A stretch of DNA of 64,000 nt from Mobula hypostoma. Taxonomy: Eukaryota. Of the stretch, positions 1-11,829 are shown piece after piece. The DNA lies in the NCBI RefSeq assembly GCF_963921235.1, contig NC_086100.1, positions 203,052,001 through 203,116,000 on the forward strand, written 5' to 3'. A model generated the notes under the pieces. It was not told the origin of the DNA. It made no database searches and was given only the letters and a program-made list of their open reading frames with translations. The position numbers were made by a program, and so were the translations under genes. How positions within the stretch are numbered: the first letter of the stretch is position 1; every line of letters begins with the position of its first letter.

Positions 1-1536
1 ACCCCCCTCCATTGTGCGGGTTGTGACTATTGCCACGTTTGCACACATGAATAACATAGCGATTGGACAGTGTTTCTTCCAGCTCCCCATAACAAAAAAT
101 TGTATATATATTTAAAAAATTAATGTCATTATTCCCAGCTAATATTCCTCAAATTTTAACCTTTCTTCCCCTCCCTCATATAATTAATAATATATTTATA
201 TATTCATCCGCCTAAAAATCCAACAGGCCTAATCCTTAATCCAGTCTTCATCTTCAAACCATCTCAGACCCCTGGGTTTGTTCTTGTATCTGGTGAATAT
301 TCAAAGAATCTCGTACAAACTCCTCTGCTTTCCGGTAATCGTCAAAAAATCTTTTTTTCTCCACCAGGCAAAAAAACTTTAAGGTTGCAGGATAACGCAA
401 TATAAATTGATAACCGTGATCCCATAGGGCTTTTTTCACTGGATTAAATTTCTTCCTTTTCTTCAAAAGTTCATAACTTATGTCAGGGTAAAAAAAAATT
501 TCTTCCCTTCTATCATCAGTGGCCCTTTTCTCTTCTTGGCAGCTTGGGCAGCCACCTGTAGAATCCTTTCTTTGTCTTGAAATCTTAAGAATTTTATTAA
601 AATTGATCATGGATATTGGTCATCTTGTGGTTTTGGTCTTAGAGCTCTATGTACCCGCTCTATTTCAATTGATCGGTCTTCCTCTTTCATTTGCAAGGTT
701 TTCGGGATCCATCTTTGAAAAAATTCTATTGGATTATCTCCCTCTATACCTTCTTTAAGACCAACAATTTTAAGATTATTATGTCTACTAAAATTTTCCA
801 ACACGTCCACTTTCTCCAAGAGTCGATTTCTTTCCGTGTTCCAGACAAGTACATCATTTTCTGTTTTTTCCACTCTATCGTTAATATGCTCCATTGTTCT
901 TTCCATCTTCTGAAGTTTCTTATCCATTTTATCCTGTCTTTTCATAGCTTTATCATGGCACATCTTCATGTCTCTAAACTCTGTTCTTAATTTTCTTAGC
1001 TCAGCTGTTAATTGCAATAAAGCCTCTCTTATATCTCCGTCATCTCCTTTACTTCCAGTCTCTTCCAGTTCTTCCTCCTCTTCTTCATCTGTATTCCCTG
1101 CGGTATCCAATTCTGACTCTGAGTGGTTTTCAGTTGCGGTGGCCATCGGTTCTTGTAGTTTAAGTTGTGTCGATTTGCGCATGCGCAATTCCGGCACCTT
1201 CTTCCGAGAGACCGCTACCGCCGCCATTGCTCCCTGTTCTTTTACGCCAGAGATAAAATGCGTCTCCTCCGAAGGAGATCCAATCTGAATCCGAGGCTCC
1301 ATCGCTACAGTAGGCCCTTTTCCCTTCCCATCTCGCGGCGACTTCACAACAACAGACTTCTTCTGTTGCGGTTTACGAGGCATATCATAGAGTAGTCTTA
1401 CGAAGTTTATAAGTAGTTTTCAGAAAGTATTTATTAACTTTACTTTGTTTAAATGGTACTTTGCTGATTTTTTACGGGAGAGCTGGATTTACACGTCTCA
1501 ATCCCACATCATCACGTGACGACCCCCCCCCCCCCA
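1..1536 (-). mobile_element. L1-clade LINE 5' end: short 5' UTR, ORF1 (frameshifted near 610), spacer running off the window
   Basis: ORFs 607-1383 and 254-610: coiled coil, then ENFSRHNNLKIVGLKEGIE, IEIERVHR, IFFYPDIS and LRYPATLK, typical of L1 ORF1p; G-run at 5' end. Confidence 0.85.
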
Positions 1537-1762
1537 TGGACATTGAACCCTTGGACACTACCTCACTTTTTTTAATAGATAGTATTTCTGTTTTTTGCAC
1601 GTTTTTTAATCTATTCAATATATATACTGTAATTGATTTACTTATTATTATTATTTTAGTTATTTCTTTTTTATCTCTTCTATGTTATGTATTGCATTGA
1701 ACCGCTGCTGCTAAGTTAACAAATTCTGCGTCACATGCTGGTGATAATAAACCTGATTCTGA
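1537..1762 (+). mobile_element. 3' UTR/tail of Rex-type LINE
   Basis: closely similar to 29640-29872, the tail of the Rex-type element; ends AATAAACCTGATTCTGA. Confidence 0.75.
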
Positions 1763-4700
1763 CCAAGACATTCACCATGTTGCTGGCATCTGGCTCTATT
1801 GACAGGAAATCCATGCATGCTAGGTTAAGTGGCCCCGCACTCTGCAAGTGGGACAATGGAACGGCCCTCATAGACAGCGTCTTCCTCCATAAACATTGAA
1901 TGCATGACTTCTCTGGCCTCATCTGGGGCCAGTAGAACCGATCTCTGAGAGATCCATAGGTCTTGTCAACCCCCCACACGGCTAGAATCATCATGAAGCA
2001 ACTTCAACACAATCCTCCGATAATTCTCAGGCAGAACCAGCTGAGAGCACTCAGGCTGGTCTGGAAGCAACGTGACCTGGTAGAGGACCTGGTTTCTCAA
2101 CTCTAATCTTGGCCATTCTTTCAGTAATGGAGACACCACAGCATGTTTCGTCCTATCTGCTTTGACCATGTCTTCTTTTTTGACCGTTCACCAAACGGTA
2201 CCGATGCCCGGGTCATCTCGCTGAGCAGCTGCCACTTCCCCAGGATTCAATTCCAGCAACTAGTTTGTCTTCAGAGCAGTCAGGTTACAGTAAGCTTGTG
2301 GAATGGGACCATCAGAAGCTCCCAATTGATCTACCACTCATTCCTGCCCCTGACTTTCCTCTGCCTTCACCGTGATGGCAAACTGGCACTTGGCTTTCAC
2401 CCCTGGGGCAGGAACGCTCTGCCACTCTCCGTCCCTGTCCAGCCCCTTATGCACACGTTGGGACAATTACATTGGCATCAATGTTCCTACTTCCCAGCCA
2501 GTACTTCAGGCTGAAATCACATGCAGACAACGCCACTAACCATTGATGGCCTGTGGCATCCAATTTTGATGAGGTCAGGATATAAATTAGGGGATTGTTC
2601 TCTGTCCTCACCTCAAATTTGGCACCATAGAGGTAGTTACTCAACTTACCCACCACAGACCATTTCATTGCCAGGAACTCCAATTTGTGCGTGGGATAAT
2701 TTTTCTCAGAGGGTGACAGACTCCAGCTGTCAAATGCAACAAGTCTCAATCCTGTGCCTTGATCCTGATACAGGACCCCCCCTAAGCCCTCTCTGCTCGC
2801 ATCTGTATGCAGTGCATACGGCAATTGGGGGTCTGCAAAAGCCAGCACACCTGTTTCAGCAGCTCCCTCAGCGACTGAAAGGACTCTTCATATTTTCCAT
2901 CCCATCTCGCTCCAAAAGACTCTGAAGGGTTAAGATAATCTTTATCCTCCTCTCCTCATGTCCTCCTCCCTTTCTTCCCCAAGGGGAGATAACTAAACAG
3001 AAGCTGATTTTAAGGGTGACTCACTTTCGCATAGTCCTTTGCGAACCTCTGATAGTACACACAGAACCCAAGGAATGAGCGCAAAGCACTGACAGTCTGG
3101 GGCCTCGGTCTTGTGGTCACTGCCTCTATCTTAGACAGATCCGTAGCCACTCTGATTTATGAGACTATGTGCCCAACATAGTTGACAAGGTGTCTTGCAG
3201 AACTGGCATTTGTCCAGGAAAAGTTTTAATCCTTCAGCTTTCAGGTAGCCCAGTACCTTCAGTAGCCTTGCTTCATGTTCCCCGAAGGTGGACCCGAACA
3301 CTGTGAAATCATCCAGGTACACCAATACCTGAAGCATGTTCATATCCCCCACCATTTTCTCTATGACATGCTGGAAAATCGCAGGGGCTCCTGGTATGCC
3401 CTGGGGCATCTTTCGAACTGGAAGAATCCTAGTGGACATATAAATGCCATCTTCTCTTTGTCAGCCTCACTCATGGGGATCTGATAATAGCCACTCAAGT
3501 CCAGCACACTGAACTACTTCACATCACTCAGACAGACCACTGCGTCTTCGATCCTCGGGACTGTATACTGGTTGGGAACGATACACCTGTTCAGAGTCCT
3601 ACAGTCCACACACATCCGTACCTTCCCATTCTTCTTCCTGGCCACTAATATTGGGGATGCACAGGGGCCTCTGACCTCAGTGATGATCCCAGCTTCCTTC
3701 AGCTTACACAAATGCTGCTGAACACCTCTGCAGGTGCCAGTCACTGTGACCTCTCTCGGAACGGGGTGTCCTTGGTCACCCAGATGGTGTGGCGAATGCT
3801 CTTGGAACAACCCACAACACACTAGTCAGTAGAAAAGACATCTTCCAGCTTCAACATCTTCTCTACCAACCTCCTCTTCCAACCAACAGGTACCAGGAAA
3901 TCCCCAAAGTTGAATGACTTGGCAGTCAACTTCCCATTTTTCAGAAAGAGTTTCTCCCCGGCTTGTCTCACAGGGACACTAGACATTTCCGTCACTGGGA
4001 AGAGGTGTGCCAGTGGTATCCCTCGCTTGAAGGTGACCTCCCTCTTCGTAGTGTTCCTGACACTCACTGCCATCCTGTTCACCTGTACAATCAAGGGCTT
4101 CTGCAGTTCAGGCCTCACCAGTATCCCAGCAGGTAATCCCAACTCCTCTTTGTGGTCTTCCGGAGTATCCACAGGGAGGGCCTCGGTCTCAGGCTCTTCC
4201 AGTGCATCCACTAAGAGGGTCTCACCCTCAGGCATTCCGGGAAATTTGGGTATTCCCATCACTCTCACTACTTCACCAGATTGTAACATGACTGGTTTTG
4301 ACTGGGTGAACCACACAGTCCCTCGTCTAAGCTCATTATCCAGCCGAGTGTGGCCACACACTTCCTCAAAAGCAGCGAAAAGGTTTTCAGAAAGCTCCCT
4401 CCAACTCTCTCCTTGCAGGCTCCCAGTAGTCTCCTCACAATAGGAGTATTTTTCCCCACAGAAATTGAAACTCCGTCCTTCTCATCAGGATCGGACAAAC
4501 CAGCACTAATATATCAAGGACCTCAGTTACTCCCACATCTGCCTCCGAAAACTCCAGCTTCAACAACAAGTCACCGGCATATGGATCATTACCCATACTA
4601 AGACCCCAGATCTCTAGTGCGCTGAGTGTGTCAAATACAGTACAGCAAAGTGACCCGTGACCCTGTGTCAAGTATGGCTCTGGCATAAATACCCTCTATG

Positions 4701-5110
4701 CGTAGCGATACACTGGAGCTTGGCCCCACCAAGCCTTCAGGAATAAGGCTTTTTGCTTTAGGGTGTTCCTTGATATATTGTTGGTAACGTGCTCCCCCAC
4801 TCCCCGAGACGCCAGGCTGTTCCCTCACTGGATCTCTTCTAAGTTTCCCGACATATTTCCCTGCTTAGGTACCCGAGGGCTCACTCTCCAGTGGTTCACA
4901 CTCCCGCCTGAACTGTCTCTCTTCACCACAGTTGTAACAGACAATATCGGTTGCTCCCCTTCTCACAGGATCCCGGTCACTAGCATCCCTCTGCATAGTC
5001 CATCCCCTTGGGAGGTCTGCCTCCTTATCAGCTCTGACATATGGGTCATAGTTCTAAGGTAGGGACGTGTTTCTAATGATTTTTTATGCTCTCTGGGTTC
5101 TTAGAAACTT
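1763..5110 (-). mobile_element. Degenerate Ty3/Gypsy LTR retrotransposon internal region (gag end, PR, RT, RH, IN start)
   Basis: AILDTGSRVTL (PR), ASPILVARKKNGKVRMCVDCRTLN and YLDD (RT), LHTDASREGLGGVLYQ (RH), RFYWPQM...MDFLSIEP (IN); multiple frameshifts; no LTRs seen. Confidence 0.9.
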
Positions 5111-5547
5111 CCCAATCCTAAATCTTCCCACTAATTTTTGCTTTGTTGTATGCCCTTTCTTTTTCTTTTACGATAGCTTTGACTTCCCTTGTCAGCCACG
5201 GCTGTACTATTTTACCATCTGAGTATTTCTTCATTTTTGGAATACACATGTCCTGCACCTTCGTCATTTTTCCCAGAAACTCACGCCATTGCTGCTCTGC
5301 TGACATCCCAGCCAGCAGCTCCTTCCAATTTACTTTGGCCAACTCCTCTCTCATACCACTGTAATTTCCCTTACTCCACTGAATACTGCTACATCAGACT
5401 TTACTTTCTTCCTATCAAATTTCAAGTTGTAAATACTAGTCCCTAAGGGTTCTTTTACCTTAAGCTCCCTAACCTCCTCCAGTTCAATTACATAGCTCCC
5501 AGTCCAGTTTAGCTGATCCCCTAGTTGGCTGTACGACAAACTGCTCT
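5111..5547 (-). mobile_element. CR1 LINE ORF2 fragment
   Basis: MREELAKVNWKELL...QPWLTREVK linker region of CR1 ORF2. Confidence 0.75.
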
Positions 5548-5696
5548 AAAAAGCCACCTCTTGGGCATTCAACATGGCAGGAACAAATTTAGTTGATACG
5601 TCGGCTTCCACTGTCCTGGACTCATTTGAGTTTGATGTTTTCTTCCATATTTCAAATCCATCATGGCCAACATTTCCCTCTTTTGATCCACAGGAT

Positions 5697-6660
5697 ACCC
5701 TGGATGAAGAAGTAGAAGGATGGGTTAGTAAGTTTGCTGATGGCACAAAGGTTGGGGGTGTTGTGGAATTACAGTGGTATGAGAGAGGAGTATTGTCAGA
5801 GTTTACAGCAGGACATTGATAGGATGCAGAACTGGGCTGAGAAGTGGCAGATGGAGTTCAGCCCAGATAAGTGTTCATTTCGGTAGGTCAAATTTGAGAA
5901 CAGAATTTAATATTAATGATAAGAGTCTTGGCAGTGTGGAGGATTTGAGAGATCTTGGCTTCTTTGTCCATTGGACACACAAAGCTGCTGTGCAGGTTGA
6001 CAGTGTTGTTAAGAAGGTGTATAGTGTGTTGGCATTCGTCAACCATGCGATGGGGTTCAAGAGCCATGAGATAATGTTACAGCTCTTGATCAGACCCCAT
6101 TCGGAATACTGTGTTCATTTCTAGTCATCTCACTACAGGAAGGATGTGGATACTATCGAGAAAGTGCAGAGCAGATTTACAAGGATGTTGCCTGGATTGT
6201 AGGGCGTACCTTATGAGAATAGGTTGAGTGAACTTGGCCTTTTCTTGTTAGAGCGACAGAGGATGAAAGGTGACCTGATAGAGATGTATAAGATGATGAG
6301 GGGCATTGATCGTGTGGATAGCCAGACTCTTTTCCCCAGGGCTGAAATAGCTAACACGAGGGGCCATAGTTTTATGATGCTTGGAAATAGGTACCGAGGG
6401 GATGTCAGGGGTAAGTTTTTCACACAGAGGGTGGTGGGTATGTGGAATGCACTGCCGGTAGCGGTGGTGGAAGCAGATACAATAGGATCTTTTATCAACC
6501 TCTTACATAGTTACATGGAGCTTAGAAATATAGAGGGCTATGCGCTAGGGAAATTCTGGGCAGTTACTGGAGTAGGTTACATGGTCGGCACAACATTGTG
6601 ACATTGTGGGCTGAAGGGCCTGTAATGTGCTGTAGATTTTCTATGTTCTATATTCCATGT
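5697..6660 (+). mobile_element. 5'-truncated CR1 LINE (RT C-terminus + tail)
   Basis: SKFADGTKVGG, RPHSEYCVHF, FFTQRVVGMWNALP; TTCTATG-like tail. Confidence 0.9.
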
Positions 6661-8000
6661 TCCAAACTTCACTCCCAAAAGGGATGGATTCTACACAACC
6701 TCATTAGCAAAACCCACATCATCTTTAATAGTCTTGGACGGCTCATCTCATTGTCTTATAATAGCTTCATTACGGTAAATAACTGTCTCGTTCTGCCTTA
6801 AATGAAATATTCTGGTATTGACAGGTAAGATAGATACAGTATATCATAAGAAACAAATCCACAATCTGTTAACCCATTCTTAATTAAATCCTCCAGATAA
6901 ACCTAATATTCTCTTTTTCGATGACAGGAACCAAATTTACTCCCTTTGTCAGTCTGAACCTCATCACACAATAAAGGATTAGCAACAGTTGGTATTGTGA
7001 TAGTTATGGTATCAGTTGTCATCATTCACACTATGGACTAAGGTATATATGGAAAACCTTAATGCTCCAGGGCCACAGGGTTTGAGTTACCTGAGGCATA
7101 TGATAATCTATAATCTTATTTCTGATTTGTGTCTATGTCAACAATACCATTGCATTCACAATAAAGCATGATGTCCCACTGTTATCCTCGTACTCCAATC
7201 TTTTTCCCATATCACCCTCAATCAACCACAAACGTCAACAGCCAACAGTCTCATTTCCTTTTCACAATCTCATCTCAGTCCTTCATAAATTCGTTTGTAG
7301 TGCAGGCAATCTTCAGTAGAGCCTCCGACCATTATGAGGCCACTCATCACTAGTATTCCAATCCCAATCATCTCCAAACACCTGTAATTAAAAACATCAA
7401 GAGCAGTTTCTGTACTTATCTAATTATCTGCTGCCTCCTCTAAATTCAGGGTTTCTATCCCCTTCTGTATTTCCAGAATATAAGACCATATGACATAGGA
7501 GCAGAATTAGGCCATTCAGCACATCGAGTCTGCTCTGCGTACCATCACGGCTGACCCCAGATCCCACTCAAACCCCATACACCTGCCTTCTCGCCAATCT
7601 TTTGATACTCTGACCGATCAGGAAACGATCAACTTCCGCCTTAAATATATGCACGGACTTGGTCTCCACTGCAGTCTGTGGTAGAGCATTCCACAGATTT
7701 ACTACTCTCTGGCCAAAAGGGCAGCATCACAGTTTTAAAGCTGTGCCCTCTAGTTCTAGATACCCCACCAGAGGAAGCATCCCCTCCACATCCACCCACA
7801 TTCTTCTAAATTCCAATGAGTACAGGCCCAAAGCTGCCAAACGCTCCTCACAACACCTTTATTCGCAGAATCATCCTCGTGAACCTCCTGTGGTCTCTCT
7901 CCAATGACGGCACATCCTTTCTGAGATATAGGGTCGAAAACGGTTGACAATACTCTTAAGTGTGGCCTGACTAGTGTCTTATAAAAGCTCAGCATTATCT

Positions 8001-9516
8001 GAATTGAATTGACTTTATTACTTACATCCTTTATATACATGAGGAGTAAATATTTCACAGGAAGACACGTAGGCCTCTTTTATTGTCATTTAGTAATGTA
8101 GGCATTAAGAAATGATACATTATGTCTGGTCTGATATCACAAAACACAGGACAGACCAAGACTGAAAAAACTGACAAAACCACATAATTATAACATATGA
8201 TTACAACAGTGCAACAATACCATAACTTGATGAAGAAGTCCATGAGCACAGTAAAGTTCAAAGTTTCTCAAATGTCCCACATCTCACGCAGACGGGAGAA
8301 GGAAGAAAAACTCTCCCTGCCATGCCGAGCACAATTCGACTCTGAGTCATACGAAAACTTTGAGCTCTGATCAGCTCTCCGACACTGAGCACTGAGTGCC
8401 ATCTCTGTCCGAACGATTCGACCTCCTTCTTGGTCGCCAACAGCAGGCAAGGCCGGGGATTTTGAGGCCTACCTTCCGAAAGATTCCTGACCGCGCAGTA
8501 ACGACAGCAGCGAATGGGCGTTTCAGAAATTTTTCCAGATGTTCCTCTGTGCTTTCACGTCCATTCTCCATAAATCAGAATTGTCCATGGCCCCTATTTA
8601 ACAGATACAATATCATTTTTCACCAGAGGGCTGCGCACATGCAGGCGCGCCGCCATCTCCTCCTCCTCCTCATCTTTATGCATGTCTCCTCTAAATGTGC
8701 AATGTGCAATTATAGTAATTTATAATAAATATTCTGTACAACAGAACAGTCAATATAACACAGAAATACAGTTGTGTCAGCATGAATGAAGCAGACTAAT
8801 AGCCTGGTGGAAAAAGCTGTGCTGGAGCCTGTTGGTCCTGGCTTTTATGCTGCGGTACCGTTTCCGGAATGATAGCAGCTGGAACAGTTTGTGGTTGGGG
8901 TTGCTCGGGTCTCCAATGATTTTTTCAGGCCCTTTTTACACACCTAGCTTTGAAAGTGTCATGAATAGCGGGAAGTTCATATCTACAGATGCACTGGGCT
9001 GTCCGCACCACTCTGCAGAGCCCTGCGATTAAGGGAGATACAGTTCCCATACCAGACAGAGATGCAGCCAGTCAGGATGCTCTCAATTGTTCCCCTGTAG
9101 GAAGATCTTAGAATTTGGGGGGGCCAGACCAAACTTCATCAACCGTCTGAAGTGAAAGAGGTGCTGTTGTGCCTTTTTCACCACACAGCTGGTATGTGCG
9201 AACCACGTGAGGTCCTCAGTGATGTTTACGCTGAGGAATTTAAAGCTGTTCACTCTTACTCCAGATCCATTGATGTCTATGGGAGTTAGCCTGTCTCCAT
9301 TCCTCCTGTAATCCACAACCAGCTCCTTTGTTTTTGTGACATTGAGGGAGAGGTTGTTTTCTTGACTCCACTGTGTGAGGGAGATGACTTCCTCTCTGTG
9401 GGCTGCCTCATTATTATTTGAGATTAGGCCAATCAGTGTGGCGTCGTCAGCAAATTTAAATAGCAGATGGAGCGGTGGGTGGCAACACAGTCGTGGGTAT
9501 ACAGAGAGTAAAGGAG
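8001..9516 (-). mobile_element. Rex-type (Rex1/Babar) LINE 3' fragment
   Basis: NSFKFLSVNITEDLTW...KKAQQHLFHFRRL; flanked by ATTATCT direct repeat (7994-8000 / 9517-9523). Confidence 0.8.
8055..8670 (-). mobile_element. Unclassified non-autonomous interspersed element inserted in the Rex tail
   Basis: CpG-rich start GAGATGGCGGCG, AATAAA near 3' end, no credible coding capacity; interrupts the Rex 3' UTR. Confidence 0.5.
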
Positions 9517-11829
9517 ATTATCTCCTTGCTTTTAATTTCTATTCCCCTTGAAATAAATGCCAACATTGTATTTGCCTTCTTTACCACAGACTCAGCTTGT
9601 AATTAATCTTCTGGGAGTCTTGCACGAGGACTCCTACGTCCCTCTGCCGTCCAGAGTATCTCATTGACAATGTGACTATGGATCTCAGCTACTAGAGAAC
9701 ATTGACTATGTCCAAAGGATTCAAACTGGTTAAAATGATGCCAATCTAACTTATTTGGAGCAATCTGGATTCAATAAACAGATGGAGTGTCTCTGTCAAT
9801 GACATCATATGATCCCACAGATCTTGGAAGTGTAAAAGGGCCTGGCCGACGTACTGAGATCATGTAGCCTTCTGTCCTCCCTCCAACTCCCTAGGTTTTG
9901 TTCGCACACCAAAATAAACTTTACTCTGTTGTTTCTCCTGTACCATATTATTGTCTTCGACATAATGAGCTTCCTTAATAGTATCAATTAATTGCTGCAC
10001 CCATTTGTCCTTTACAATACCATCATACTCGGGCTCTGATAAATCTAGCCCAACCAGGAATTCTAACCCTCTCATTTCTCTCCGGGTCATCATCAATTTA
10101 AAATGTGTAAGACCAGTAGAAGAAGCTTTGGTGGTACAAAGTATCATAAGGACATAGGGTAAGACAGTGACCCAAGTGGTCCTATGTTGTTTAGCCATTT
10201 TAGCTAACATTGTCTTCAAAATTCTGTGTATCTGTTCAACAATTCCATTGGATTGGGGTCGACAAAGGCTATGAAACCTCTGCTGTACCCTAAACAGTCT
10301 CATCAGATTTTGCATCACCTGTGCAGTGAAGTGAGGACCTTGATCTGATTCTAAACTCCTTGGCAACCCCAAGCAGTAAAGAGTTTCTTAAACAAAATCC
10401 TAGCTATAACCTTAGCAGTGGTATTTCTAGTTGGAAAAGCTTCTACCCACTTGGTGAAAGTATCTACTATCACAAGGATATATTTCAGCCCTCCAGGGAT
10501 GGAGGTAAAGGTCCTACACAGTCAATCTGGAGGTTAACCCATGGGTCTTCTACGGGCCTTTTGTGTTTTAAAACTGCTTTTCTAGCCAATTTATCTGGGT
10601 TATGCTGGGCACAAATCAAACAATTCTTACAATAATCTTTTACATTTCCTCACACCTTCGGCCACTAACACAGATTATTCAACTGTTCCATAGTTCTATC
10701 TGCTCCTTGAAGCCCAAAAACGGACCAATACATCATCTGGGTTTTGCTTCACTTTCTGGCACCACAAATCTACCATTCTGTACCTGTATTCCTGGATAGT
10801 TCGCATACTCTTCAGAATTTTTCCCTGTCTGTACCTTTGCTAACTCCAGAACTTGTTGCTGTACCTTAATTAAGTCTATAGGTATACAGTTTGTCTGTTT
10901 CTGTGTCATCATTCCTTCTATAATCTGGATTCCATCTCACTCCACATCTTGATCCTAATTTGGCTAACCCATCAGCCTTCCAGGGATGTCTTTACATGAG
11001 CCGTCACCTTGACTCCAAGCGTGTTTCCTCTCGCCTTCTTAAATATATACTTCAACAAGGTCCTGATGGTAAACTTTACCATCTGCTGAGACGTAAACTC
11101 TCACTTCCCATTACAGTAAATATTGAGTCCAACTATTACAAACATACATACGATCTGAATATATGATTGCTCCTGAAGGACATCTGAAGGATGGCCGACA
11201 ACAAAAGCTATAGCAAGTCCCCCTGTGGCCATTCCTCTCAGCAACAGTTATACCCTTTTGGATACTGATGGGGGGATGACCTATCTGGGAAATGTAATAG
11301 GGCGGCTTCCTACCCTAGCTTCTACAAAGGGTCTACCTGCATCATCCCGCCTTGCGGTTCACTCCTATGTAACTGAGGCCTGACACCCTCGTTGTGCACT
11401 TGGAGTCCCTATAGGTATCTCCGGATATAGTTGTGAATCTCTATTGACACCCTGGACATTACATTGTGTGTAACATGGTTGACCTTTCAGGGGCAACGAA
11501 GCCTTTGCTATATCCTGACCATGCCCAATCAGTCTGGATTGTGGGCAATACCTGGCAAAATGACATTCGTGTCCGCAATTGAAATATTTCCATGGGTATC
11601 TGGTATTCATACCGGATACCGGGGAATGCAAACATTCTGACTGCATCCTCGACCACCCCCTCTTAGGTGGCAGACCCTGGTAGATACCCCATCTCCCTTC
11701 ATTCTACCATTTCACACCTTGTTCTCTTAAAGGGGCTATTTTAGGACCCTGTTTCCCTTATCCTCCTTCATACCTTTCTCCCTTACTTCCTTTCCCCATA
11801 CTTGTGTCACCCTTCTGAGAACCCATGTC

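Larger units (their letters stand above)
7482..9649 (-). mobile_element. 5'-truncated CR1 LINE (7482-8000 + 9517-9649) split by a Rex-type insertion
   Basis: CR1 3' sequence and tail; flanked by TCCAGAATAT (7472-7481) / TCCAGAGTAT (9650-9659), a probable TSD. Confidence 0.8.
5548..11825 (-). mobile_element. Decayed retrovirus-like LTR element (gag-PR//RH-IN-env-like) interrupted by nested LINEs
   Basis: gag knuckle YFNCGHECHFARYC (~11540-11590); RPFVEARVGSRPITF protease start (~11290-11340); RH IYSD..W..R.YVSADGK / KVTAH / ADGLAK (~10960-11175); IN CKNCLICAQHNP, LQIDCVGPLP, SDQGPHFT, PQSNGIVE (~9650-10720); downstream ORF remnant 7371-6661 + 5695-5548. Confidence 0.8.

Noticed and set aside
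9650..11180. Domesticated NYNRIN/GIN-like integrase gene
   Set aside because: Multiple stops and frameshifts and linkage to gag; it is a decayed element.
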